A stretch of 64,000 nt of DNA, taken from assembly GCA_934169725.1 (NCBI GenBank), contig CAKPOF010000003.1, positions 112,637 to 176,636 on the forward strand. The letters are read 5' to 3'. Every line of letters begins with the position of its first letter. Within the stretch, counting starts at the first letter, position 1. The notes under the pieces were generated by a model. That model made no database searches. It worked only from the letters and a program-made list of their open reading frames with translations, and was not told where the DNA came from. Source of the DNA: an uncultured Clostridia bacterium. Lineage in GTDB: Bacteria > Bacillota > Clostridia > TANB77 > CAG-508. Shown here piece by piece: positions 10,997 through 20,789 of the stretch. Position numbers and translations under genes: made by a program.

Positions 10997-11737
10997 ATGG
11001 AAGAAAATAAAACTGTATTTGTAACAGGTGGCTCTAGAGGGATAGGTAAAGAAGTAGCTTTGAAATTTGCAGAAAAAGGATATAATGTTGTAATAAACTA
11101 TGTTTCAGAAAAGACAAATATAGATAAATTAAAAGAAGAATTTGAAAGTAAAGGAATAAAATCATTAATAGTTAGAGCAGATGTAACAAACAAAGACGAA
11201 ATTGAAATATTAGTAAAAAAAGCAATAGAAGAATTTGGTTCAATTGATGTTTTAGTAAATAATGCTGGAATAACAAGAGATGGATTATTAATGAGAATGA
11301 ACGAAGAAGACTTTGATAAAGTTATTGAAATAAATTTAAAAGGAACATATATAGTGACAAAAGCTGTTACTAAATATATGATGAAAAAAAGAAGAGGAAG
11401 TATAATAAATTTATCATCAGTGGTTGGTGTTTCAGGAAATGCAGGACAATGTAATTATTCTGCATCAAAAGCAGGAATAATAGGATTTACAAAAAGTATA
11501 GCAAAAGAACTTGCATCAAGAAATATAAGAGCAAATGCAGTTGCACCTGGATTTATAGAAACAGATATGACAGCAGTATTATCAGAAGAAGTAAAAGAAA
11601 ATATATATAATCAAATACCATTAAAAAGAATGGGAACAGCAAAAGAAGTAGCAGAATTAATTTACTTTTTAGGGTCTGAAAAAAGTTCATACATAACAGG
11701 ACAAGTAATTAATGTAGATGGCGGAATGGTAATGTAA
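10997..11737 (+). CDS. fabG: 3-oxoacyl-ACP reductase
   Basis: SDR motifs TGGSRGIG, NNAG and YSASK. Confidence 0.9.
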   Translation: MEENKTVFVTGGSRGIGKEVALKFAEKGYNVVINYVSEKTNIDKLKEEFESKGIKSLIVRADVTNKDEIEILVKKAIEEFGSIDVLVNNAGITRDGLLMRMNEEDFDKVIEINLKGTYIVTKAVTKYMMKKRRGSIINLSSVVGVSGNAGQCNYSASKAGIIGFTKSIAKELASRNIRANAVAPGFIETDMTAVLSEEVKENIYNQIPLKRMGTAKEVAELIYFLGSEKSSYITGQVINVDGGMVM

Positions 11738-11756
11738 AAAAGAAAGGATGAATAAA

Positions 11757-12998
11757 ATGGAAAGAAGAGTTGTTATAACAGGATTAGGAGCTATAACTCC
11801 AATAGGAAATAATACAAAGGAATTTTGGGAAGGAATAAAAAAAGGAACATGTGGAATAGATGAAATTACAAGATTTGATACATCAACATTTAAAGTAAAA
11901 TTGGCAGCAGAGGTTAAAGGATATAACCCAGAAGAATATTTTGATAGAAGAGAGTCAAAAAGATTAGATAAATATTCTCAATATGCAATTGTAGCATCAA
12001 GAGAAGCATGGAAAGACAGTGGATTAGACAGAGAAAAAGAAAATATGGAAAGAGTAGGAGTTGTAGTTGGATCTGGAATTGGCGGGATTCAAACAATAGA
12101 AACAGAAAATCAAAAATGTGTAGTTAAAGGACCAGACAGAGTATCACCTATGTATATTCCAATGGCAATTATAAATATGGCAACAGGAAATGTAGCAATA
12201 GATATAGGAGCAAAAGGAGAATCTATGGCAATGGTTACAGCATGTGCTTCAGGAACACATTGTATAGGAGAAAGCTATAGAATGATAAAACATGGATATC
12301 AAGATATTATGTTGGCAGGAGGAACAGAAGCAAGTGTAACACCTTTGAGTATAGCTGGATTTTCAAATATTAAAGCATTAACTAAAACAGAAGATAAAAC
12401 AAGGGCAAGTATTCCTTTTGACAAAGAAAGAAGCGGATTTGTTATGGGAGAAGGAGCAGGAATAGTTGTATTAGAAGAATTGGAACATGCACAAAAAAGA
12501 GGAGCAAAAATATATGCAGAAGTAGTTGGTTATGGAGCAACATCAGATGCTTATCATATAACATCACCAGCACCAGGTGGAGAAGGTGGAGCAAGAGCAA
12601 TGAAATTAGCTATGCAAGATGGTAATGTAAAACCAGAAGAAATAACATACATAAATGCTCATGGTACATCTACACATTTAAATGATTCTTGTGAAACACA
12701 AGCTATTAAAGTAGCTCTAGGAGAAAAAATAGCTAAAGAAGTAATGATAAGCTCAACAAAGGGACATACAGGTCATCTATTAGGAGCAGCTGGAGGTGTA
12801 GAAGCAATTGTGTGTGCTAAAGCAATTGAAGAAGGATTTGCACCAGCAACAATAAATTACAAAGTACCAGATGAAGAATGTGATTTAGATATAATACCAA
12901 ATGAAGGAAGAAAAGCAGATATACAATGTGCAATGTCTAACTCATTAGGATTTGGAGGACATAATAGTAGTATAATATTAAAAAAATATGTGAAATAA
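11757..12998 (+). CDS. fabF: 3-oxoacyl-ACP synthase II
   Basis: KAS-II motifs (ACASG, HGTSTHLND, GHLLGAAG). The start is placed at the Met after the RBS aaagga. Confidence 0.9.
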   Translation: MERRVVITGLGAITPIGNNTKEFWEGIKKGTCGIDEITRFDTSTFKVKLAAEVKGYNPEEYFDRRESKRLDKYSQYAIVASREAWKDSGLDREKENMERVGVVVGSGIGGIQTIETENQKCVVKGPDRVSPMYIPMAIINMATGNVAIDIGAKGESMAMVTACASGTHCIGESYRMIKHGYQDIMLAGGTEASVTPLSIAGFSNIKALTKTEDKTRASIPFDKERSGFVMGEGAGIVVLEELEHAQKRGAKIYAEVVGYGATSDAYHITSPAPGGEGGARAMKLAMQDGNVKPEEITYINAHGTSTHLNDSCETQAIKVALGEKIAKEVMISSTKGHTGHLLGAAGGVEAIVCAKAIEEGFAPATINYKVPDEECDLDIIPNEGRKADIQCAMSNSLGFGGHNSSIILKKYVK

Positions 12999-13022
12999 AT
13001 TTTAGAGGAAGGAGAAATTGTA

Positions 13023-13487
13023 ATGGATTATAAAGATATAAAAAAATTAATGGATGATATGGGAAATTCAAAATTAGAGGAATTAGAAATTGAATTTCCT
13101 GATGGAGTAAAAATAAGCATGAAGAAAAAAGATAACAAAGAAGTTATTATGCCAACAACAGTAATAGAAGCAGGTGCGCCAATGACAGTTCCAGTAGTAA
13201 AACCAAAAAAAGAAAAAAGTATGATTACTGTTGATTCAAAAAATGAGGAAAATTATAAAATAATAAAATCACCAATGGTTGGAACATTTTATTCAAGTTC
13301 ATCACCAGATAAAGAACCATTCGTAAAAATTGGTGATAAAGTAAAAAAAGGACAAGTTGTTTGTATATTAGAAGCAATGAAATTAATGAATGAAATTGAA
13401 TCAGAATTTGATGGAGAAATAGTAGAAATTTGTGCTAAAAATGAAGATATTATAGAATATGGAGCACCATTATTTAAAATAAAATAA
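13023..13487 (+). CDS. accB: Biotin carboxyl carrier protein of acetyl-CoA carboxylase
   Basis: Biotinyl-lysine motif EAMKLMN near the C-terminus. Confidence 0.85.
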   Translation: MDYKDIKKLMDDMGNSKLEELEIEFPDGVKISMKKKDNKEVIMPTTVIEAGAPMTVPVVKPKKEKSMITVDSKNEENYKIIKSPMVGTFYSSSSPDKEPFVKIGDKVKKGQVVCILEAMKLMNEIESEFDGEIVEICAKNEDIIEYGAPLFKIK

Positions 13488-13509
13488 GTTAGAAAGAAAG
13501 GATTTTTTT

Positions 13510-13932
13510 ATGTTAAATAAAGAACAAATAAAAGAAATTATACCACAAAGAGAACCGTTTTTAATGATAGATGAGGTAGAAGAATATATTCCTGGAGAAA
13601 GTTGTATTGCATACAAAAATGTAAATGAAAATGAGTATTATTTTAAAGGTCATTTTCCAGGAAATCCTATAATGCCAGGAGTATTAATTGTAGAAGCATT
13701 GGCACAAACAGGTGCAGTAGCAATATTATCAATGAAAGAAAATAAAGGGAAAAATGCTCTTTTTGGAGGAATTGATAAGTTAAGATTTAAAAGACAAGTT
13801 GTTCCTGGAGATAAATTGAAATTAGAGATGAAAATTATAAAGAAAAAAGGACCTATAGGAATAGGAGAAGCAATAGCAACTGTAGATGGAAAAATAGCTG
13901 TTAAAGGAGAGTTAACATTTGCATTAGTATAA
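13510..13932 (+). CDS. fabZ: 3-hydroxyacyl-ACP dehydratase
   Basis: [19 protein letters not shown] hot-dog motif. Confidence 0.9.
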   Translation: MLNKEQIKEIIPQREPFLMIDEVEEYIPGESCIAYKNVNENEYYFKGHFPGNPIMPGVLIVEALAQTGAVAILSMKENKGKNALFGGIDKLRFKRQVVPGDKLKLEMKIIKKKGPIGIGEAIATVDGKIAVKGELTFALV

Positions 13933-13994
13933 GAGTGAAATATTTCTTGAATGTGTTTTAAGTTGGAATTATTGTTAAAAACACTGAATTTATT

Positions 13995-14060
13995 ACTAGT
14001 CAGTCATAAAAGTAAAATAATGATGTTTTAAAATTACAATTTGTATTTTAAGACATCATT
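13995..14060. other. Long inverted repeat / hairpin (aataatgatgtYttaaaat arms) downstream of fabZ
   Basis: About 20-bp complementary arms around a short loop. Read directly from the sequence. Confidence 0.5.
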
Positions 14061-14193
14061 ATTAAATTTTGGAATTTATATTGATAAAAATTTAGTAAAA
14101 TATATTGATTTAATTAATGTAAAAATATATAATGTTAATGAAAAATATAGTATTTTATACTAAACATTAGATGAAATTATGGGAGGACGAAGG

Positions 14194-15765
14194 ATGAAAA
14201 AAATGAAGTGTGATAATTTTATGGAATCAAAAGGTATAACATTAATAGCTTTAGTTATAACTATAATTGTGCTTTTAATATTAGCAGGAGTTACTATAAC
14301 GAGTATAACTGGAGAAAATGGAATATTATCAAAATCAACAGAAGCTAAAGCAAAGACAATAGTTGGTCAAGAAAAAGAACAGATAAGTTCAGCATATAGT
14401 GCAGCAGTAGCTAATAGATTAGGTGATGATTCAGTAACAGCAAGTGAAATACAAACAGAATTAGATAATATTGCTGGAAGTGGAAAAACTACAGTGTCTG
14501 GAGGAAACTCTTTTAAAATAAGATTTATAGATACTAATAATACGTATACAATATCAAAAAGTAAAGGTGTAGAAGAATATAAAAAAGAAGAGGTAACACC
14601 AGTATATGCTTTTTTATGTGATACAGATGGAAATGGAGAAGGAGAAACTTTAGTTTTAAGCAGTACAGATACAATAGATGGATATACAATTATAAAAAGC
14701 TATGGAGATAGTGAGGCATATGAAAGTAATGAAGATAATGCGGAAAAAAATTATGGAAATATATATTATTATCCAATTTGGAAAGATGATTTGAATGCAA
14801 TAAAAAATGCTGTTATATATAATAAAGTTGTTCCAACAATAACAGAGAGATGGTTTAACTGTTCAAATTTAACAGACATAAAAAATATAGAAAACGTAGA
14901 TACGTCAAATGTTACAAATATGACTTGTATGTTTTTAGATTGTTCTAATATAACTAATTTGGATTTAAGCAATTTTGATACGAGCAATGTTAAAAAAATG
15001 ATTAGTATGTTTAATAACTGTAAAAAGTTAACTAATTTAAATGTAGATAATTTTGATATAAGTAATGTTGAAGATATGAATAGTATGTTTTCAGGATGTT
15101 CTAGTTTAACAAGTTTAAACTTAAGTAGCTTTAAAGATAATAAAGTTGAAAGGATGAATAGTATTTTTATGGGTTGTGAAAATTTAACAAATTTAAATTT
15201 GACAAATTTAAAAACGAATAATGCTACATGGATGGGTTTAATGTTTTATAATTGTAAAAAATTATCGAATTTGGATTTAAAAAGTTTTGATACAAGTAAT
15301 GTTACAGATATGGATAATATGTTTAGGGAGTGCTCAAGTTTAACTAGTTTAGATTTATCTAATTTTAATACAAGTAATGTTACGAAGATGGATAGTATGT
15401 TTTCTGGCTGTACAAATTTGAAAAATTTAGATATAAGTAATTTTAATACAAGCAATGTTTACGATATGAGTGATATGTTTTATGGGTGTCAAAATTTAAC
15501 AAGTGTAGATTTGAGTGGCTTTGAATTAAATAGTTCAAAGCATGTAAATGTAAGGTCAATGTTCGAAAAATGTACACAACTAAAAACAATTTATGTAAAT
15601 TCGAAATGGGCAATGAAAGATGATTGGTATGGAGATAGTATGTTTAAAAATTGTACTAGTTTAGTTGGAGGTGCAGGAACAACATTTGATTCTTCTCATA
15701 CTGGACTTGAATATGCACATATAGATGGAGGAACAAGCAATCCTGGATATTTAACTGAAAAATAA
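14194..15765 (+). CDS. Surface protein with a prepilin-like (class III signal) N-terminus fused to BspA-type 26-residue repeats (TIGR02167-like)
   Basis: MKKMKCDNFMESKG|ITLIALVITIIVLLILAGV is pilin-like but has no Glu at +5. About ten repeats of the form MF.gC..LtsLdLSNFdTSNVt.M. RBS gggagga. Confidence 0.75.
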   Translation: MKKMKCDNFMESKGITLIALVITIIVLLILAGVTITSITGENGILSKSTEAKAKTIVGQEKEQISSAYSAAVANRLGDDSVTASEIQTELDNIAGSGKTTVSGGNSFKIRFIDTNNTYTISKSKGVEEYKKEEVTPVYAFLCDTDGNGEGETLVLSSTDTIDGYTIIKSYGDSEAYESNEDNAEKNYGNIYYYPIWKDDLNAIKNAVIYNKVVPTITERWFNCSNLTDIKNIENVDTSNVTNMTCMFLDCSNITNLDLSNFDTSNVKKMISMFNNCKKLTNLNVDNFDISNVEDMNSMFSGCSSLTSLNLSSFKDNKVERMNSIFMGCENLTNLNLTNLKTNNATWMGLMFYNCKKLSNLDLKSFDTSNVTDMDNMFRECSSLTSLDLSNFNTSNVTKMDSMFSGCTNLKNLDISNFNTSNVYDMSDMFYGCQNLTSVDLSGFELNSSKHVNVRSMFEKCTQLKTIYVNSKWAMKDDWYGDSMFKNCTSLVGGAGTTFDSSHTGLEYAHIDGGTSNPGYLTEK

Positions 15766-15772
15766 AAATAAA

Positions 15773-15816
15773 AAATCTTAGATTTTGTGTAAAACAATAA
15801 TCTAAGATTTTTTTGT
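15773..15816 (+). terminator. Rho-independent terminator
   Basis: aatcttagatt...aatctaagatt followed by a T7 run. Confidence 0.8.
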
Positions 15817-16061
15817 ATGCTAATATTTAAATCAAAAAAGAATAAAAATACCTCTTGAAAATATATTGCACAGAAAATTTGCTTTGCAATTTCGTGCACA
15901 AACAAAGACACGGGCTTAAAGAAGTTAAAATAAATAAAAATGTTATCAATGTCCGCTTTTGTTCTATCAAATTTAAGAATAATTATTGTATTTTTTTAAA
16001 TTATTGTTATAATAAGTAAGAAACTTATTATAATATCATAATAAAAAGAGGAGGATTTTTT

Positions 16062-17204
16062 ATGTTAAAAAAAGTAGCGATATTAGCAAATGGTGGAGAT
16101 GTAGCTGGATTTAATGCAGTTATAAGAGCTATAAAGAAAACATGTGAAACACATGGGATAGAGTGTTATGGATATATTGATGGATATAGAGGTTTAGTAG
16201 AAAATAATTATATAAGATTAGATGGAAATGAAAAAGCATCAGGAATATTACCTAAAGGTGGTTCTATAATTGGTTCTTCAACAAATGCAATTGTATTTCA
16301 CTATAAAGTAAAACATGAAGATGGAACTATAACATATGAGGATTTATCAGATAAATGTGTTCAAAATGTAAAAGATGCAGGTTTTGATTGTGTGTTTACA
16401 TTAGGTGGTGATAGTACTCAAAAATCAGCAAGAGATTTGTTTTTAAAAGGAATAAATACAATAGGTGTACCAAAAACGATAGATAATGATGTAGCATGTA
16501 CTGATGTTACATTTGGTTATAATACTGCTGTTCATGTTGCAACAGAGGCTATAGATAGATTACATACAACAGCAGAAACACATGATAGAATTATGGTTCT
16601 AGAAGTTATGGGAAGGTTTGCTGGATGGATTGCATTAGAATCTGCAATATCAGGTGGAGCAGATGTTGCTTTAATACCAGAAATTCCATATGATATTAAT
16701 AAAGCAGCAGAGACAATAAATAAAAGAAAACAATCAGGGAAAAAATTCAGTGTTGTTGTTGTATCAGAGGGAGCACATCCTAAAAATGAAGAGGCAACAA
16801 CACATTCAGCAGAAGGTATAGATAATCAAGCAGGAATTAGTATAAAATTTGGTGGCGAAGGAACAAGAGTTGCAAAAGAGCTTCAAGAATTAACAGGATT
16901 AGAGGCAAGATGTACTACATTAGGATATATGCAAAGAGGTGGGACACCAACTGCATATGATAGAGTTTTATCTACTAAATATGGTGCTAAAGCAATGGAA
17001 TTAGCAATGGATGGTAAATTTGGTGTCTTAACTGTTATTAAAAATGGAAAATTAGATTCTGTACCATTGGAAATAGTGGTTGGAAAGAATAAAGAGTTAG
17101 GAGCTGTACAAGGTGGTACTGCTGAAAGTAATGTAAGGTATGTAACAATGGATCATGATTTAGTAAAAACTGCAAGAGATATTGGTATTTGTTTAGGTGA
17201 TTAA
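16062..17204 (+). CDS. pfk: 6-phosphofructokinase (PfkA family; ATP- or PPi-dependent cannot be decided)
   Basis: ANGGDVAGFNAVIRA, GGDST and MGRFAGWIALESA motifs. Confidence 0.85.
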   Translation: MLKKVAILANGGDVAGFNAVIRAIKKTCETHGIECYGYIDGYRGLVENNYIRLDGNEKASGILPKGGSIIGSSTNAIVFHYKVKHEDGTITYEDLSDKCVQNVKDAGFDCVFTLGGDSTQKSARDLFLKGINTIGVPKTIDNDVACTDVTFGYNTAVHVATEAIDRLHTTAETHDRIMVLEVMGRFAGWIALESAISGGADVALIPEIPYDINKAAETINKRKQSGKKFSVVVVSEGAHPKNEEATTHSAEGIDNQAGISIKFGGEGTRVAKELQELTGLEARCTTLGYMQRGGTPTAYDRVLSTKYGAKAMELAMDGKFGVLTVIKNGKLDSVPLEIVVGKNKELGAVQGGTAESNVRYVTMDHDLVKTARDIGICLGD

Positions 17205-17428
17205 TAGAATAAACATATAGAAAAAAGAATATATTAAACGTTTCATATTTATTTATGAGACGTTTTTATATTATATGTTATGCAGAGAATTTATGAAATA
17301 AATTTTCATGTGTAAACAAACTTGAATTATATAATGTTACATTTATGTTACATTTTTTTGTTTTTGTTGTTATAAAAAAATATTATTGGTATAATTTGGG
17401 TATAATAAAATACGAAGGAGGAATAGTT

Positions 17429-18595
17429 ATGTTAAAATCAAATGTGGCATGGAGTACAAATGAGGATAGTTATACACAAGGGAGAGAAGCTGCTGAAAAA
17501 GCAGTAGTAGATCTAGTACAAACAAAGGTAGCATTTTTATATACATCTGTAGACTGTGATGTCAAAAAAGTATTAGAAGGAGCAAAATCAGAATTAGGTA
17601 CAGCACCTATTATAGGATGTACATCAAGTGCTGGAATTATAGTTCCAGATGGTTTTATTTCTTCAGAAAATGGATTTACTGGAATTCTTGCATTAGGTGA
17701 TCCAGAAACAGAAGTTGGAGTTGCAAGTTCTGAAAGAGGAAATGACCCAAGAGAAACAGGTAGAAAAGTTGCTTTAGAAGCAATGAAAAAAGCAGGAAGA
17801 ACAGATGCACCAGCGTATTTTTATATGGTTGCTTCACCAGCAGAGGAAGAATTTTACATTAAAGGAATTGAAGATGTAATAGGAAGAGTGCCTGTATTTG
17901 GTGGAAGTGCAGCAGATAATACTGTAGAAGGAAAATGGAGTATATATACAAATGATAAAATATTTGCAGATGGTGTTGCAGTAGCATTTTTCTACACAGA
18001 TAAAGAAATGAAAAATGTGTATACAGGTGAATATCACGAAACAACAAATTCAGGAGTTATTACAAAAATCAAAGGAAATAGAACTTTGGTTGAAATAGAT
18101 GGAACTCCAGCTTTGAAAAAATATTCTTCATGGACTGGAAAGAAAATGAAAGATCTTGAAGAAAATAATTTATTAGTATCAACAATAACGGCACCTTTAG
18201 GTGTAAAAGATAGATTAGGAGATTTAATTGCAATTCGTCATCCAATGTATGGTAATCCAGATGGATCAATGAATATAGGTGCTAATTTAGCAGTTAATAC
18301 AGCTGTTATACAAATGGAGGCATCAGTTGATGAATTAATTAGTTCTACAGGAAGAACAATGAAAGAACTAAATAAAGAAATGAGCAGTGATATTGGAGCA
18401 TATTTATTAGTTCATTGTGGTGGTAGAAGATTAGGTATTGGAGATAGAATTGATGAAGTGGCTAAACAATTGAAAAAAGAAGCAAATGGTGTACCATTTA
18501 TGACTATATTTACTTTTGGAGAATATGGTGTAAAAGATCATGGTGCAAATACAACAGGAGGTTTAATGCTTTCATTCACAGCGTTTGGTAAATGA
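17429..18595 (+). CDS. FIST-domain (FIST_N/FIST_C) signal-transduction-like protein
   Basis: The domain call is from memory of FIST proteins. RBS gaaggagg sits upstream of the internal Met. A sigma-A-like promoter and an 11-bp tandem repeat lie upstream. Confidence 0.5.
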   Translation: MLKSNVAWSTNEDSYTQGREAAEKAVVDLVQTKVAFLYTSVDCDVKKVLEGAKSELGTAPIIGCTSSAGIIVPDGFISSENGFTGILALGDPETEVGVASSERGNDPRETGRKVALEAMKKAGRTDAPAYFYMVASPAEEEFYIKGIEDVIGRVPVFGGSAADNTVEGKWSIYTNDKIFADGVAVAFFYTDKEMKNVYTGEYHETTNSGVITKIKGNRTLVEIDGTPALKKYSSWTGKKMKDLEENNLLVSTITAPLGVKDRLGDLIAIRHPMYGNPDGSMNIGANLAVNTAVIQMEASVDELISSTGRTMKELNKEMSSDIGAYLLVHCGGRRLGIGDRIDEVAKQLKKEANGVPFMTIFTFGEYGVKDHGANTTGGLMLSFTAFGK

Positions 18596-18631
18596 AGAGC
18601 TCAAGAAATAAAAGTAAAAAAGGAGGAAAGT

Positions 18632-20065
18632 ATGAAAAATTTAATAGGGTATGAATGGAAAGAGGCTTCAAATGGAGCTAAAATAGAAGTTGTAAATCCT
18701 GCAACTCAAGAATTGATTGATACAGTTCCAAATGTTACAGAAGAAGATGTTGATGAAGCAGTAAAAGTTGCTGTTGAAGAGCAAAAAAAATGGGAAAAAG
18801 TATCAATTTATGAAAGAGCAGAAATTTTATACAAATTTGTCAATTTAGTAGAAGAAAATAAAGAAAGATTGGCAATACTTTTATCAAATGAGACAGGAAA
18901 GCCAATAAAAGAGGCAAGAGGAGAAATAGCAAATGTACGAATAGGAATTAGAGGTTTTGTTGAAAAAGCAAAACATTTATATGGAAAAAGTATTCCAGCA
19001 GGTGCGGAAGCTGGACAAGAAACAACAATGCAAATAACTAAAAGATATCCAATAGGTGTAATTGCAGCAATTATACCATTCAACTTTCCAAGTGATTTGT
19101 TCTGCCAAAAAGTACCACCAGCATTAATGATGGGAAATAGTATTATTGTAAAACCATCAAATTATAATCCGTTAACATTAATTGAATATGTAAAATTAAT
19201 GATTGAAGCAGGAGTGCCAGCAGGATGTATACAAATATTAACAGGAGATGGACCAACAGTTGGGCAAGCATTAGCAAGACATCCGGGAGTTCACTTGGTA
19301 TCATTAACAGGTGGAACAGCTGCAGGTATTCAAACAATGGGAACAGCTTCTAAAAATTTAACACATGTTATGTTAGAATTAGGTGGTAATGATGCATTTA
19401 TTTTCTTAGAAGATGGAGATATGGATTTAGCTGTAAAAGAAACTATATGGGGAAGATTATATAATGGTGGACAAGTTTGTTGTGCAAGTAAAAGATTTTT
19501 AATCCATAATTCTAGAAAACAAGAATTTATTGATAGAATGAAAGAAGTTATAAGCAATTTAAAAGTTGGAGATCCAATGCAAGAAGATACAGATATGGGA
19601 CCAATGATAAATATTAATGCTGCTAAAAGGATAGAAGAACAAGTTAATCAAATGGTTGAAAAAGGCGCAAAAGTAGTGTGTGGTGGAAAAAGAGAAGATG
19701 CATACTATTATCCAACTATTTTAGACAATGTAACTAAAGATATGGATGTTGCAAAAGATATGGAAATATTTGGACCAGTAATTTCTGTAATTGGTTTTGA
19801 CACTGTTGAAGAAGCAATAGAAATAGCAAATCAATCTTCATATGGTTTATGTGGTTGTGTTATATCTAAAGATTATTCAAGAGCAATGAAGATAGCAGAT
19901 AAACTAGAATGTGGTGGGGCTATTGTAAATGGTGCAAGCTTCTATCGTTCATTTGAAATGCCATTTGGAGGATGGAAACATTCTGGAATTGGAAATGAAG
20001 GAGTTATGACAACACTACAAGAAATGTCAAGAGTAAAAACAATAGTGTTAAAAAATATATTATAA
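18632..20065 (+). CDS. NAD(P)-dependent aldehyde dehydrogenase
   Basis: ELGGN motif, catalytic Cys in GQVCCASKR, and glycine-rich NAD-binding motifs. Confidence 0.85.
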   Translation: MKNLIGYEWKEASNGAKIEVVNPATQELIDTVPNVTEEDVDEAVKVAVEEQKKWEKVSIYERAEILYKFVNLVEENKERLAILLSNETGKPIKEARGEIANVRIGIRGFVEKAKHLYGKSIPAGAEAGQETTMQITKRYPIGVIAAIIPFNFPSDLFCQKVPPALMMGNSIIVKPSNYNPLTLIEYVKLMIEAGVPAGCIQILTGDGPTVGQALARHPGVHLVSLTGGTAAGIQTMGTASKNLTHVMLELGGNDAFIFLEDGDMDLAVKETIWGRLYNGGQVCCASKRFLIHNSRKQEFIDRMKEVISNLKVGDPMQEDTDMGPMININAAKRIEEQVNQMVEKGAKVVCGGKREDAYYYPTILDNVTKDMDVAKDMEIFGPVISVIGFDTVEEAIEIANQSSYGLCGCVISKDYSRAMKIADKLECGGAIVNGASFYRSFEMPFGGWKHSGIGNEGVMTTLQEMSRVKTIVLKNIL

Positions 20066-20087
20066 AATAATAAAAGGATGAATAAAA

Positions 20088-20747
20088 ATGGATAAAAAAA
20101 GAAACATAATTATTATTTCAATATGTGTAATAATTGCTATTGCAATTATTATAGTAGCTGTATGTGTTTCAAAAAATAAAAAAACTGATCAAGATAACAC
20201 AGATGAAAATAATACAAAATTAGATAAAGTTTATGAAAAAATGATGAAAAATTCAACATATAGTATATCAATTGAATTAGATGAAAATAATAAATATACA
20301 GTATCTAGAAAAAATGATAAAGCATGTACAGACACATATGCTGATGGTAATCATACTACAAGTATTGTAAAAGACGGAAAAACAATTTTATTAATGTACT
20401 CAAACAATACTTATTATGAATATCAAAACAATGAAACAGGACTAACAGAATTATCTGATGAATTAGATGAAATAATTAAGAGTGGTTCACCTGAAAAAGG
20501 AGAAGAACAAATAGAAGGAAAAACATATAAATATGAGGAATATAAAGATTATTCATATTTTGCTATGAATATAAATAGTGGTAATTCAAATTCTTCAAAT
20601 GTTAGTACAAGATTTTATTTTAAGGGAGATAAATTACAATATATAAAAACAATAGTTGGAGATAAATCAGAACTGTTAAAAGTAGATGTATCTTATGATG
20701 TAAAAGATAATATATTTAATATACCTTCAGAGTTTAAAGAAGGATAA
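20088..20747 (+). CDS. Hypothetical membrane-anchored protein
   Basis: N-terminal transmembrane helix with a polar extracytoplasmic domain. No recognised motif. Confidence 0.5.
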   Translation: MDKKRNIIIISICVIIAIAIIIVAVCVSKNKKTDQDNTDENNTKLDKVYEKMMKNSTYSISIELDENNKYTVSRKNDKACTDTYADGNHTTSIVKDGKTILLMYSNNTYYEYQNNETGLTELSDELDEIIKSGSPEKGEEQIEGKTYKYEEYKDYSYFAMNINSGNSNSSNVSTRFYFKGDKLQYIKTIVGDKSELLKVDVSYDVKDNIFNIPSEFKEG

Positions 20748-20789
20748 TGAAATAAATGGAGATGTTAAAAATAAGGAGGATATAAAAAA

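Noticed and set aside
17345-17428. Longer start for the FIST-domain gene (MLHFFVFVV...)
   Set aside because: The extension would read through the promoter -10 boxes and has no RBS. The RBS gaaggagg precedes the Met at 17429.
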